DNA of 63,299 bases, the filler included, from Reticulomyxa filosa (taxonomy: Eukaryota; Protista; Foraminifera), in the NCBI GenBank assembly GCA_000512085.1. It is 14 parts of 14 records of this genome, joined end to end, with 100 filler letters (N's around TTAATTAATTAA, not from the genome) between each part and the next. Parts side by side here need not be neighbours in the genome. Positions count along the whole stretch, not along the records: positions 48,730 to 53,926 come from ASPP01026652.1; positions 54,027 to 59,439 come from ASPP01024557.1; positions 59,540 to 61,105 come from ASPP01013182.1; positions 61,206 to 63,299 come from ASPP01010192.1; 10 more parts are not named here. The stretch is one strand, 5' to 3'. Position 1 is the stretch's first letter. Every line of letters begins with the position of its first letter. The notes under the pieces were generated by a model. It saw only the letters and a program-made list of their open reading frames with translations, was not told the origin of the DNA and made no database searches. The position numbers were made by a program, and so were the translations under genes. This document shows positions 50,908 through 63,299 of this stretch, in pieces.

Positions 50908-53001
50908 CACCATTACCATTAAGGTCATCACGAACAACATCATTCACTTGCTTTATTTCTTCTTCAAGTCCATTGCTTTGTTCAACTTGCTTCGCGTCAT
51001 TAGCCATTGCCGTGGTCTTGCGCTTTGGCTTGGCTTCTTTTTGCTCTTCGCGAAGCTCGATCCCTTCTGCGGTGTATCTCTCCATGTTTAACTCCATTGG
51101 AAACTCAAACCTCGAATTCAGCTTCATCCGCGTCATTGAGTTGAAGTCAAACTCAAACCTCGACAGATGCAACAACAGACATTTGGGCAATACCTTGAAA
51201 CACACTCTTCGCAACGCCAAGATCTTGGAATCGCATTGGCTGCAAAAGTATTTGTTATCTCCGTCCAATAAATCCCCTTGCACGTACAAGTCCAGCGACT
51301 CGCGCAAGTTCGCTTTGTTTTTGACTGTCAACGACACGGTCAAGAACTTTTCCTCGTGTTCACTTCGGTGAGAGCACTTGTCGTCTTTGGATATCATTTG
51401 GCTGACCACATATCCGCCAAAGTTGTCTCGAATGGCGTCCATGCGATTGGTTTTGTTTAGGTCGTGTTCAAGCAGGTCAAACAGACGATTGCAAAATTCA
51501 TTTACATCTTGTTGCTCGTTCAGCGGGAGCGGATTGCCATCGTAGCCTTTCAATGTCAAGCACAAAGGCATGGTGTCATAACACTTTTTATTACTGACGC
51601 TCAAATAGCCAAATAGCAATTGCATTTGATATAATACACTTTCTTTTGGTAATAGTCCGTGACGTTCCAATTCCATTGACTCGTTGTCTTCTTTTTCTTC
51701 TTTTTTAACAGATGACTTCAATCGCGCGTTCAAAATGTCTCTTCTGAAATCCTCATTGACAAATAGCTGTTGCAGCAACGAGTTCATATAACAGGTCGCC
51801 CCTTGGTTTTTTAGCCCGACATATCGTATGGGAGACCGCTCTTCGTCGGTGGGATGGTAGTTCCAAGGAAGTTCTTTTCCGTCTCTAGACTGAGAATGGT
51901 ACCAAACACGGTCGTCATACATTAGATTTTGCAATGCCAGAAACGTTTGCGGATAGGAGGAAGCGAGCGAATGCAACAGCGCAAATGCGGCTTGCCGTGA
52001 ACGAATACTTTTACACTTGCACCCTGTTTGATGAATTTGCGGGATATTGAACAGACAATCGTTATACACATAGTGAATCAGTTCGTTGATGTTTGTGTCC
52101 AGCAAGTGATGCTCACTGCACAAACGCAGCAGTCGCAATGTCCCTTCCAAAAACTCATCGGTTTGTTCGGGTTCCGCAAAATCTTCCTTCGAAACATGAT
52201 CTCTCAACACGTTTCCAAACTCCTTTGCATACTCTTGCAATTGCTCAAAGACAGTGTTGTTCACACCAATAAATGTACTGCACACATAGTCGAATATGTC
52301 CAACAACAACTTGAAAGAACTCATCGCAATGCGAGCGCGGAGCATCACTCCATTTAAGCACTGCCACCAACTCATTCAACAGCCGAATTGATACTGGAAC
52401 AACATTTTTGTTTGAATCGCCGCCATACGATACTCGAGACAATAATTGCAATGCATTGCATACCGGTCCTCTTGTCTCTGGATAATGATGATTAAACAGC
52501 AGCTTCGTCAACCACGTTTGCAATTCGTTTGTCGCAAATAACGTCTCCACATACTTTGGCGACGTGCGAATGCATCCAACCAGGATAAACACGCATTCCA
52601 CCAAGATGTTGGCTCCTGCCGGCCCCAAGTCATTTGCCACACGAACATTCGCTTGCGCTTGTTGCACAGAAACGAGGGACGAGTGTCCATTCGCGTTCCC
52701 GTTCTGTTCCGCGTTCCCCTTTTCTTCGTTGCCATTTGGGATTGATGAGTCATGTCTTGCATGGACTGCCGAGCTCTTCTTTTCGTTGATCTCGTTTTCA
52801 CTCAGTGCCTTTTTCGCAGCGATCGTGTTGTCATTGTCTATCTTAACGTTGTCTGCAGGGATGCTTGTGATCTATGAATGACGTTTACAACCCTGGTATT
52901 TTTCAAAGAGAGAAAACAGAAGAAAAAAGAGGAGAGGGATAAAATAAAAAAAGAATGTAAATGGACTTGATGGCCATTCCATCAACATCATACATATATA
53001 C

Positions 53002-53032
<31 letters not shown>

Positions 53033-53839
53033 TGTATATACCTCAGATGGATATTCGGATGGAGGAGGAACATTGGCCCATTGCAAAATAATATCCGAAA
53101 TTTGTAACGTTTTGTCGACCAATTTGTCTTTGTATTTATGCCATTGCTTGGTATCTAAAATGCTGCCATGCTTCAATTTGATAGTGGACGACGGCGCAGC
53201 AGATCGAAATGCAGGATCTGTTGTCAACAAGGTGCTCAAGATTTGCAAGCAAAACGTCAAGGACGAAGTCCGAATCTTGTAGCGACGAACGACATCAGGA
53301 TGCATCGAATCGGCTTTGGAGTTGACGGAAGAAAGAGATACTGGCTCCATCAGTTCATTGGCGAACAGCAACTGGCAAATCATTCCAAAGCCTCCCGAAA
53401 GCAAAAACTTGGAAATCCAGCTCAGATGTGTCGTCCCGCTGGTGAAGAGGCTCAAGTATTCGCTGCGAAACTCTTCTCCCGATATGATAGCCCAAAGGAC
53501 TTGCAAGTGGTACAGCATTTGATAAGAATCCTGCAAGGTGAAGAGCGAAGCAAATGTCTGTGGAGTCAGGTTGTCCTTGATCACCAAATTCAGTATCTTT
53601 TGCACGTGATTGAAGCTCGGAGGCAACAGCTCCAAAATATCCCAGGCCATTGGAGCCACTGTGGGAGTTTGCAACAATGAAAACAGTCCGTTGAAGGCAA
53701 CCTGGTCTTTGTGAAAAGGCCGCAATTCGGGGACATGTTTGAATCCTGTCCATTTCGTCAGGGGAGCATCCGAGTGCGGAGAATCTGTTGAATTGGGATA
53801 GCCATCGGAAAAGTGATGACTGGTCCAACTAAGCATCAA
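48730..53839 (-). CDS. Ubiquitin-specific protease, USP9X/USP24/USP34-like (partial)
   Basis: Cys box GLKNQGATCYMNSLLQQL, EQQDVNEF, His box VHTGGANSGHYYS, WWEFND and NAYMLVYRR, with long helical flanks. Confidence 0.93.
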
Positions 53840-54337
53840 AAAAAAAAAAAAAATATTTGTCCAAATTTACTTTATATACATATACATATACATATATGTA
53901 TATATGTATATATACATATATATATANNNNNNNNNNNNNNNNNNNNNNNNNNNNNNNNNNNNNNNNNNNNTTAATTAATTAANNNNNNNNNNNNNNNNNN
54001 NNNNNNNNNNNNNNNNNNNNNNNNNNCCCAAAAAAATTTTGTAAAGTTTTCATTGAAGATGAAATTGCGCCTTACAATCAATTATCGTCGATAATTCAAG
54101 CATTATAAACCGTGAGTTTGTTGATCTTTTCTTTTTACTTTGTTTTTATTGAGTATTGTGTTCCTTTGTAACGATGTGCTATTTTTTAGGTTAAAATCTT
54201 AATTCTCGCTAAAAAAAAATGTTGTTCAATAATCCGATATGCAATGAAAATAATTATTTAAGTTCAATTCAAACATAAATTGTTTCAATAATTTACTTTT
54301 TTAAAGCTGTAATAATTTTTTCAAGAAGTTACAAAAT

Positions 54338-57300
54338 TTACAAATCAAAAACAAAAGGAAAGCAATTTAAAATAGAATTCCTTTGTATTCGTGCGAGATC
54401 GTTTACATCAAAATCTTCACTCAAAATGAGTCTACTTAAATATTTTCCCCAATAACGAGAATACATAATCGGACTTGGATATGGCATGCAACCTTTCTGT
54501 AAAACATTCATTTTTTGGTTAATTGTAAAATAAAATAAAGTAAATCCTCTCCAATAAAAACAAAACTCGAAAAGGCGCGCCAAAAGCAAAACCATAACAT
54601 AAAGTATGAATGAATTGATAAAAGTATGAGACAGCATCTTTACTTTCTCGAATGTGAATATCATCTTTTAAGACAAGAACGCGTAAAAAATGATTAAAGT
54701 TGACATTAAAACGGAAATAAATTTCCCACATGTGCGTATATGTAACGCTGTCTTGCACCACAAATGGTTGTTTTGAGGCCTTGTAATATTGTATTTGTGT
54801 TTTGGAGTTAGTATTTCCTTCAAACCAATTGTCAATACTATCTTTCCACAATGTTTCTTGCTCATAGAAAAACAATTGTTTTGATTTTTCTATTGTGCAA
54901 AAGGTTATTTTTGGACGCCATCTGGTAATTCCTTCAGATTTTTTTTTGGATGATTTTTGGGATTTTTTCCAAACGCAGTCAATTGATCTTTCAATCGCAA
55001 ATAATTCTATAGTTATTGATTTGACTCTTTAAAGATGAACGATAAATACACAAATACAACCTTAATAAACGCTTACCATTGGTTATAATGGCATCACATA
55101 AGTCCTTTTGTGTTTAGTTCAAAAATTGAAAGAGGACAACATACATTTAAAAAATTTGTCGTATGTGATGATTTAAAAACAATAAAATAGATATACAACA
55201 AATGTTATGTGAAAAAGGACCTCTCCCAATCCACGGCGAAATACTAAAATGTTGGAAGCCGGTTTTGTTTTCTTTTCGGTGCATTCACGTAAATATTCAG
55301 TAAACGCAATTGGCAGCTTTTTTGCCAATTTGTGATTAGGAATAACGGCCTTTTTTTCCCCCATTTTTAAGGATGTAATCTTCCATCACTTGAGATTTTA
55401 TGTTCCATTTTTTTTAGTCAATAAACAAACAAAGTTAAAAAAAAACTAATATATGTCTCAGTCACTCGATTGGGCGGCATGATAATTGCAAAGAATCGCC
55501 AATGCTTGAGCGATCCCTCCAAAGGTTTTGTGGTGATACTGATCACTCCAATGGAAGGTCTGCGATCACTTGCGGAGGAAACGTCAATCCCCATGACAAG
55601 CATGTCATTAAAGAGTGGGCAAACGCAATTGATATTCAACTCCAACTTCCATAACAAACTACCAAACTTCAGCAACACTTTTTGCAAACAGTACCAAATT
55701 GCACTTTTGTTGCTACACTTTGCTGGCTCAATAAATTCTACTATTGCACCACTATTTCTGTACTTTCCAAAGGTCATTATACGTGACATTAATATCGCAA
55801 TCTTTTTTTTCAACACCAAACTTTGTTTCCAAAAAAAAAAGTGCAAGAAGAAAAAGAAGGGAAAGTGTATATGATTATGTAATTTTTATGCACGTAAAGT
55901 TTGTTTGTTTTTTTTAATGCTCAACTTTGGAAGTTTGGACACAATGACCATTTGGCAATACGACAATAATACAATTTTGTTTGATACGTTTTGCACTTTG
56001 GACAAGTAATTTGTCATCGAATAGATTGATTTCAAACAGAGTGACGGGGGCAGTTGTTAGTTTGAAAGGGCTCTGCTCTAACCAATAGTGGATCAGCTTC
56101 TTTGCTTGCTCTGCATATACCTTGTCTCCACTACAATACAATACAAGGAATGAAATACCCGTTGCGTTTTTATCGCCATGAAAGCACTGCATTGCTATGT
56201 CATCGTACCACTTTAAATCTTTTGGGCAATTCAATGCCTTTTGTCCACCGATGCCGTCTAGGATACATAATTTTGGAGGCGGTAATATAGAGCCACTTAC
56301 TTTCATCGGCCTGGCTTCTATATCCATTGCTCCCTTGTCGCATCTTTTCTTTTCATTTCAAATAATTATAATTACCAATTGAGCCATACAAAAACAAAAA
56401 CAAAATAAAATAAAAAATAAGGCAAGGAAATGTTCACAAAAAAAATTAAACAAATTTTGCATTTTTTTTGTTGCACATACGTATACCAAATAATATTTTT
56501 GAATAAGTTCAATCCCAATTTCAAATTGTTCTTGAAGACTTAAATGAATTGAATTGTTAACCAATTGTTTCCTTGCTCCAATTATCTTTGCAAATAATAA
56601 ATAGTGTGAATATAATATTTGTGTTTTTTCGATTGCCGTTGTGTGTGCATTGCATTCGTAACGCAACATAACTTGGCTGTCAGCAATCAAATGTAATTTT
56701 TCGAAGGGATATGGGAATACGTCACCATTACTTGTTTTAACAAGACAGGTTTCATTCTGCTTTGGTTTTGATCTGTATGTTATCGGGGCTATTCCATCTT
56801 TTTCCCAATGCAAAGATCGTAATTCAACGATGCATCGAGTGTCATCCACCAACGCTTTTTTCCCTTTTTTTAATTCGAAAGAATTTTATCACTTCCAAAA
56901 AGAATCACAAAAAAAAAAACACTTACGTATACTTTACCTTTTAGTTTCTCGTTAAAAGTTTGCAGTAATATGTCATCAGATAAACATTGTCTGCGAATCG
57001 AATCAATCATTTCACGCATCTTGGTAAACATACAACAAAAGGAAACAAAATAAAGTCGTACTATACGTATGTGTCCACATATTGTTTCTCTACCAAACTG
57101 AAAACCAACAAGTGATAACCGGTTGAATGGTGAATATCACAATGACCCGTCCTAATGATAACTTTAGCTGACAGACAGCGTTGCTATTTCATGTGTTTTT
57201 AATGTCTTATTGCAGGTATAACTATTTTTAGAGATAAAAAAACGTAACAAATCCAATTTTAAATCTGGTACTTCAATATCCGCATTCATTCCCACAATTT

Positions 57301-58354
57301 TTCTCGTTTTTCGTTTTATCAAGTCTCGTTTTCCCAAATTGTCGTTTGTCTGTAACATCGACCATCAAGTTTAGAGGTTATCGTACGTACACAAATATGT
57401 GGACTCTTTTTCCCTATTATTCAACAACAAGACAAAACAGACCCAGTTCAAGAATCGAAATAAATGCGTGCCTTGAGCAATCTCAAACAATGGGACACTT
57501 TTGGAGCGCGTAAGACGTAAAGAAAAAGGGTCAATTTGCAAAGAGTATGTTTCGTCATTTTCAGCTGAATTAAATACAATCAAATAGTTTCCACAAAAAA
57601 ATGTATCTACACCCGGACCAAATCTCGCTTCCATTTCTTTATCGAATGAAGTCTTCTCAACACTTTTTTCAATTTTTTTTTTTTGTATTTGTTCCAGTGC
57701 AATCATTTATTTTTGTACAAGTGACTCCATCTCATTTTTTTGTACCGTCACAAGTTAATATACATATAGGTAAAAACAACCAAAAAAATACCTGTTTTCT
57801 AAGAAAATGGAAGATAACATAAATGTTTGATTTTTCTCTTGCATTTCACTTTCAAGAGGTAAAATTTCTACTTGATAATACAATAAATCTGGTATCATTC
57901 CACCCGTATTTATCATACAGCCATTTGTTGCTAACACTACTGTTTTGCCGTCTTTTCAGTTGTTAAATTATTTTTTGTTTTTTTGTTGTTTTTTTTTGCA
58001 TTAGCAATTGAAGTTGTAACAACTTTTGCAAGATTTACAAAAAAAACAAAGAGGTATACAATATGCCATGCAGCTGCGCAATGGAGGCTTGGGTAGATAT
58101 TTTTGATATTCTGGAGTCAGTGGATACTTTTCAAATGTCTCTTCTTTGGTCCAGGTCTTCAATTCGTTTAGATCAGGCCGAAATGGTGTCCAAAATTCTT
58201 TGTCTTTTGACAATGATACTATCTTTTCAAAAACTTGAGCCTCTGTAGACTCCGTATTTCGATATCGTACTATTCGTCGATGCGCTGTGCCATGGCTACA
58301 CTTGGCATAGCTTGTATTCAATTGACTAAGTAAAAATGAATTGACAGGTTCCAC
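54338..58354 (-). CDS. Highly divergent Argonaute/PIWI-family protein (multi-exon)
   Basis: Motifs appear in order: GKTVVLATN..LLYYQVEILP (N), KVSGSILPPPKL (L2), QKVLLKFGSLLW, VMGIDVS, ILVFRRGLGE, PKITFCTIEK, VVQDSVT, VLVLKDD, FIHTLCYGF, PYPSPIMYSR. The true start may lie slightly upstream. Confidence 0.85.
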
Positions 58355-59599
58355 ATATCCTTTTTTCTTTTTTTACGTACAAGTCAATTATTCATTAAAA
58401 ACACCCTTTTGTTAACAACCACAGAAGCTTCAAAGAATGCATGTCAGATGAAGCCTAAACTTTCTCCTGGTTTTCCAAAAGCATGTCTTACAGTAAATTT
58501 TTTTAAAAAAGGAAATGAAAAGTTCAGATACAAGCAAAAAATGTTTGATGTAGTCATTTTAAAATTTGTGATGTTATTTGTCATGATTCATTGATAAACA
58601 CTTTTGTTAAGATACATGAAAAAGCATTTTATTTCGCGTGTACTTATCTATATTTAAAAATATGAAAAACATCTTAACCAAGCAAATCACTCACACAGAA
58701 TACAGTACTAAAATTACAATGAATAAATAAATAACATCGCGCATGCTTCATACAAGGTCTTTAAGTCCGCTAAAAAGACAACAAAACTAAAATTAAAACA
58801 AAAGGTTTAGTAACAAAGATAATTTATTTAAAAAATTGAACATAAAACAATAAACAAAATCATTTTAATATTTCTATCAAATATTATTGAATACCAATGT
58901 TAATTTTGTTCCAACTGGTTGATATCACAGAGCATTTAAATTTCTTAAGAAATTCAGTAGCACATAATAATATGAAAGGAAAGACATAGTGTAATTTTTC
59001 CAACTGGCTGTTCACAAAAAAGTTAAAATCTACTTAATGAAAATTGTTTTATAATAATCTACTTCAAAACAAATCATAAAACAAAACAGTTAAATCACTT
59101 TAGTTTATTTGAACAATTCAGTCGTTGCAAGTCCTAAAGAACAAATTAATTCATCCGAAGATTTAAAAAATCTTTCTTGTTCGGGTCTTTGCCGGTGTTG
59201 GAGCCAAGAAAAACGCACCTGTAAGCCATGTCTCCATGGACACTAGTTTGATAGTACGTTAATGATAACAAATATACTTTTTTCTTGTTTGGATCTTTGC
59301 CTCTGAAGCCTTCTGCCTCCTTGCATGTACCATGTTTAATCTTTTTTTTGCTGTTTTGTTTCTAGTAGATTTATTTGGCATGCCATTCCCTTTGCGGGCT
59401 TTTCCCCTTGTTGGTTTTAGTTTGTCAATCATGATATGTNNNNNNNNNNNNNNNNNNNNNNNNNNNNNNNNNNNNNNNNNNNNTTAATTAATTAANNNNN
59501 NNNNNNNNNNNNNNNNNNNNNNNNNNNNNNNNNNNNNNNAAAAAAAAAAAGTGTAATCCTAATGCGTATTTAGACAGTTAATGCTATATGCAAGTTTGA

Positions 59600-60146
59600 C
59601 AGTGTGAGGGGGAAGAAGAAGATGAATGCATCTCAGACAAATGACAGAGACAAGTGTGGACACACCGAAGCCGTTCCACAGTTGCGGAGCTTTCCAACAA
59701 AAGGCTTGATTAAAAGTGAAATGGCAAATGTACGGATGATGTGCGATCAATCGTTCCAAGACACTGGTCCCACTTCTATAATCCCCGATCACAAAAATTG
59801 GTCTGTCAATAGTAATCGCTTTTGCCAACACAGCTTCGCCTTGGTTGATAATATTCAACTCGATCCAATAAAATGCGTTGTTTATTCGACGGTAAAAATT
59901 AGATGATATCAATGAGTTGCGGAATGCCTCATGACGACAAGCACCGTATTTTACGCTAAATTCCTTTTCGTCCATATCATCGTCTTTCTTTTTTCTGGCA
60001 ACTGCTATCATCTCGGTGGGCTTCCACGTCACCTTAGGTGCTTCGGCAAAGGTGTTTTCCTCTATTTTGTCTATATACTTCATAAGCAACTTATAGCCGG
60101 CAAAGAGGCTCGAGGAAATGATAAAGCAAGTCCATAAAAACCACAT
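59600..60146 (-). CDS. Membrane-anchored sulfotransferase (Sulfotransfer_3-like), partial
   Basis: 5'-PAPS-binding motif RPIFVIGDYRSGTSVLERLI and an N-terminal hydrophobic segment. A further upstream exon is possible at about 60200-60380. Confidence 0.78.
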
Positions 60147-60637
60147 CTTTCTCTTTGTAAGTGCAATGTGTTATAATACACACAAAAAAAAAGTTGCACA
60201 ACGACACGTGGAGAAAGTTCATTTGTGGACAGATGCTAAGGCTTCTTAAATCAAAATCAATTTGAGCAAAAGTACACATTCTGCGACTAAAGCCTTTTGG
60301 CCTATTTTCAAATAATTCGAGTGTTGTGTCTTTAAGCGCTTTGGATGTCTCACAGTCTGTCCCTGAAGGCCACTCTTGGATGTTTTTCTTCTTTACAAAA
60401 AAAACTGGTGCGTACACTTTGCAGATTAAAAAATTTATTTGGCTAAGGTAATTCTTGTTTAAGATATTACTTTACACCTTTCGTTACTAAAATTATAGCA
60501 AGTGAATTTCTTCGCTTCTGTATTTGTTTTTTTGATAGAACCGCTTGTAGGAAGGAAAAAAAGGTTACGGCAAAAGTTATCGGGATTTGTTAGAAACAAT
60601 TTTTTTCCGTAATAAATAGGAACAAAAGCAACAAACA

Positions 60638-61022
60638 ATGGGCGGTTGTTGTACGACGGACGATGTGCAACGTGCAAATCGAGAGATCGAAGTACAAATT
60701 TTGCAGCAAAAGAAGATTGACAAAGAGATAAAAAAACTGTTGCTACTGGGCAGTGGGTCAAGCGGCAAATCAACACTGTTCCGACAAATTCAATGCATTC
60801 ACGGGTTTGGGCTAGAAGACACAGATTATAAGGACAGTACACGATCTATCCGAGAGAATATAGTACAGTCAATGATTAAGCTGTTAAAAGAAAGCGAGAA
60901 GCATTACACGTTGGATCCGAAAAACAATGAGAAATATGGCATTGACACGACTGACGCAAAAGTGAAGCAGGCGATTGAAAAAGTTGCCAAATTTTCCATG
61001 GAAAACTTTGACTTTACAAGTG
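60638..61022 (+). CDS. Heterotrimeric G-protein alpha subunit, first exon
   Basis: MGGCC acylation motif and KLLLLGSGSSGKSTLFRQI..IHG. Confidence 0.93.
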
Positions 61023-61280
61023 GTTAAAAGAGGCAAAGGGAGAAGAGGGGTGGGACCTCCAAACAAAAAAAAAAAAAGGGGGGGGGAGGATGAAGTGAAT
61101 AAGAANNNNNNNNNNNNNNNNNNNNNNNNNNNNNNNNNNNNNNNNNNNNTTAATTAATTAANNNNNNNNNNNNNNNNNNNNNNNNNNNNNNNNNNNNNNN
61201 NNNNNTCTTATTTATATTTTGCTTTGCTTTGTTTTTGTTTGTTTTTTTTTTCCTTCCTTTTTTGCCAATGGGGTCCCATA

Positions 61281-61672
61281 GATATCGTGTGCTGATCGCA
61301 TGCGATGGCGTGAACTTGTGGCATAATCGGATGTATGGCTTGTCGACACCGAGAAGTCCCAACGTGTTCGGTTGGCAATTATCAATGGTAGATGTTTTTT
61401 CGCAGTTTCAACAACCTAAAGCTTTACCCAATGGCATTGTCGTAATGAGTAACACTGCTCTTCCTTCCAAATCTCCACTCTTCAAAACTGCTCCTTCTCA
61501 TGTCTTAACATGCCCGGATGCATATACTCGTGAGGAGCTCAGTACCCTCCTAAGCTATTATCAAGCAATAGAACTCTCGTCTCCTAATATTGCTCCTGAT
61601 GATCGATTGAAAATAGAAGGTGGTAGTGGCAGAAAGCCATTATATGTGCAAAGATTGGCATCACTATTTTAG
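61281..61672 (+). CDS. Mitochondrial ribosomal protein mS29/DAP3-like, last exon
   Basis: VLIACDGVN (Walker-B-like) and the C-terminal pattern YTREELSTLLSYY...SGRKP. Confidence 0.6.
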
Positions 61673-61919
61673 TTAATGAAATGTTTTTTGTTTTGTTTTT
61701 TAACAAGTGCAATTATATCTTTTTTTCGTTGGACATAAATCAAATTTGACAACATTTGAATTTATCAACAACTTGCAAATTTTAAGGAACAACAATCATT
61801 CAATCCTCCAGACTTTTTTTTTTTTTTTGAAAGAGATCTTTACATCAAAAATCCATACAAAAAAAGGCTATAATTTTTACAAAAGTTTCCAAGATGAAAC
61901 AAAAAATTTTAATAAGCAA

Positions 61920-63230
61920 ATGTCTACTGTTTCTTCTTTAGAATATAAAAGATTATATTTCCAAAATTGGTCGACAATTTACCTACATCAGCATCTAATC
62001 AAACCACATTACAATACATTACACCCGTTTGGTGATGCATCATGTTCTGCTACATTTCAGGCAACACAATTAGTTTTGAGAGGCTCGCTGAAGAAACAGC
62101 AAAGGGGGGACAAAAAAGGTTTTAAATAATTAAACATTATTTATTTGGAAATGCAAACATTTCTTAAATCTCCGTTCAATTTATCGAAAGAAATTTATTC
62201 CAACAACACAAATTCAGCGTTTTATCCAAAAGAATGTCATCAAATGGTATATACAAGAGTTCATCCAAAATTTCGTTGTCTTCCAACAGACGACCTCGTA
62301 CAAGTTCCGTGAGAAAAGCAGCGTCACCTAAAAAGACCAGTCCTACAATAAAAACTCCATAATTTTTTTTTTTGTGTGTGTGTTGTTCCCCTCTTGCAAT
62401 GATCTCCTTTGCAACAATTAGAGAGTTGAAAACCCATACGAAAGCGGGATTTTACCTGTTGAGTGAACCAAGGGAGGGTACCGATAAAAACAAAAGGATC
62501 AAGTTGTGACTGTAATAATGATCAATGTTTTAATTTTTTTTTTTTGGTTTGTTTGTTTGAATTTTTGTTGTTTTTTTTTTTTTGCATCGATGGAAATCAA
62601 ATAGCTGCGATTCTCCGAAACTCCAACAAAGGCCTATATAGAGGGGATGTATTTTGCAAGTTACATTTTTTATTTTATTTTATTTTATCTTATTTAAATC
62701 AAAAACGTATAGCAGAACTATACCATCGACATGTTTGCATACGCGCATGCACACGTATACGTGTGTGTATGTGGCGTTTTTGAGCTGCGGTGAAGGTCGT
62801 AAAAATAGTTGTCCAATTTGTGATGAAAGGCATGAGCTTTGCAAATGGCCAGGCTCGGCATCACTGTTTTGCGGAGCAACAAGTGCACTAATGGACGGAT
62901 ATGACAATAATGTGACAGAAACGACAGGAAAGCCGGATGGCATTGGCGTGGATAAAGGAGACATGGCGATAGAGAATGAGACGCAATGCACAAAAGAGGA
63001 GAGAGGAGAAGATGGTATTGCTGTAGCCGGAACAAAGACAGAACAAGGAAGACAGCTGGAACAACCACAGCCGACTACAACAACAACATCTTTGGGTTGC
63101 GACAACGACTACTCTCAATTGGAGTTCTTAACTGCCAACTGCAAATATACAAACCCATTGTGTGATACCATTTCCACCAATCAAAATAGTTATCTTCAAT
63201 CAAAAGAGACTTCCACTGAGCCATTTGGTA
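61920..63230 (+). CDS. Hypothetical multi-exon protein (Cys-containing, partial)
   Basis: Coding-like blocks are separated by poly-T introns, e.g. CGEGRKNSCPICDERHELCKW. No family was recognised, and strand and structure are uncertain. Confidence 0.3.
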
Positions 63231-63299
63231 TCAAACTCTTCTCTTGTTTTTTTTTTTTTTTGGCACATTCTTTTTTTTTTTTTTTTTTTTTAAAAAAAA

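Overview
This is not one locus. It is 14 unrelated contigs joined by artificial 100-nt linkers (44 N + TTAATTAATTAA + 44 N). Twelve contigs are AT-rich, intron-rich protist DNA. The WD40 family style, homopolymer-rich introns and many decayed gene copies suggest a foraminiferan such as Reticulomyxa (inference). Two short GC-rich contigs are bacterial: an imelysin gene with a Fur box, and a Bug/TctC gene followed by an amino-acid-binding protein. Recognisable eukaryotic genes are RPA1, a CDPK, SNF7/Vps32, homoserine dehydrogenase, adenylate kinase, a USP9X/24/34-like deubiquitinase, G-alpha, a sulfotransferase, DAP3/mS29 and EF-hand proteins. The strongest novelty candidates are: (1) a giant protein with at least 16 tandem CAP-Gly domains, none with the canonical GKNDG motif, interleaved with two PYM/eIF2A-C-like helical hairpins; (2) a very divergent Argonaute/PIWI protein with a broken slicer tetrad, an altered MID pocket and a reduced PAZ; (3) mosaic contigs made of intron-retaining, deletion-riddled fragments of unrelated housekeeping genes. 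Exon boundaries and family assignments were made by eye from motif recall, and no searches were run.
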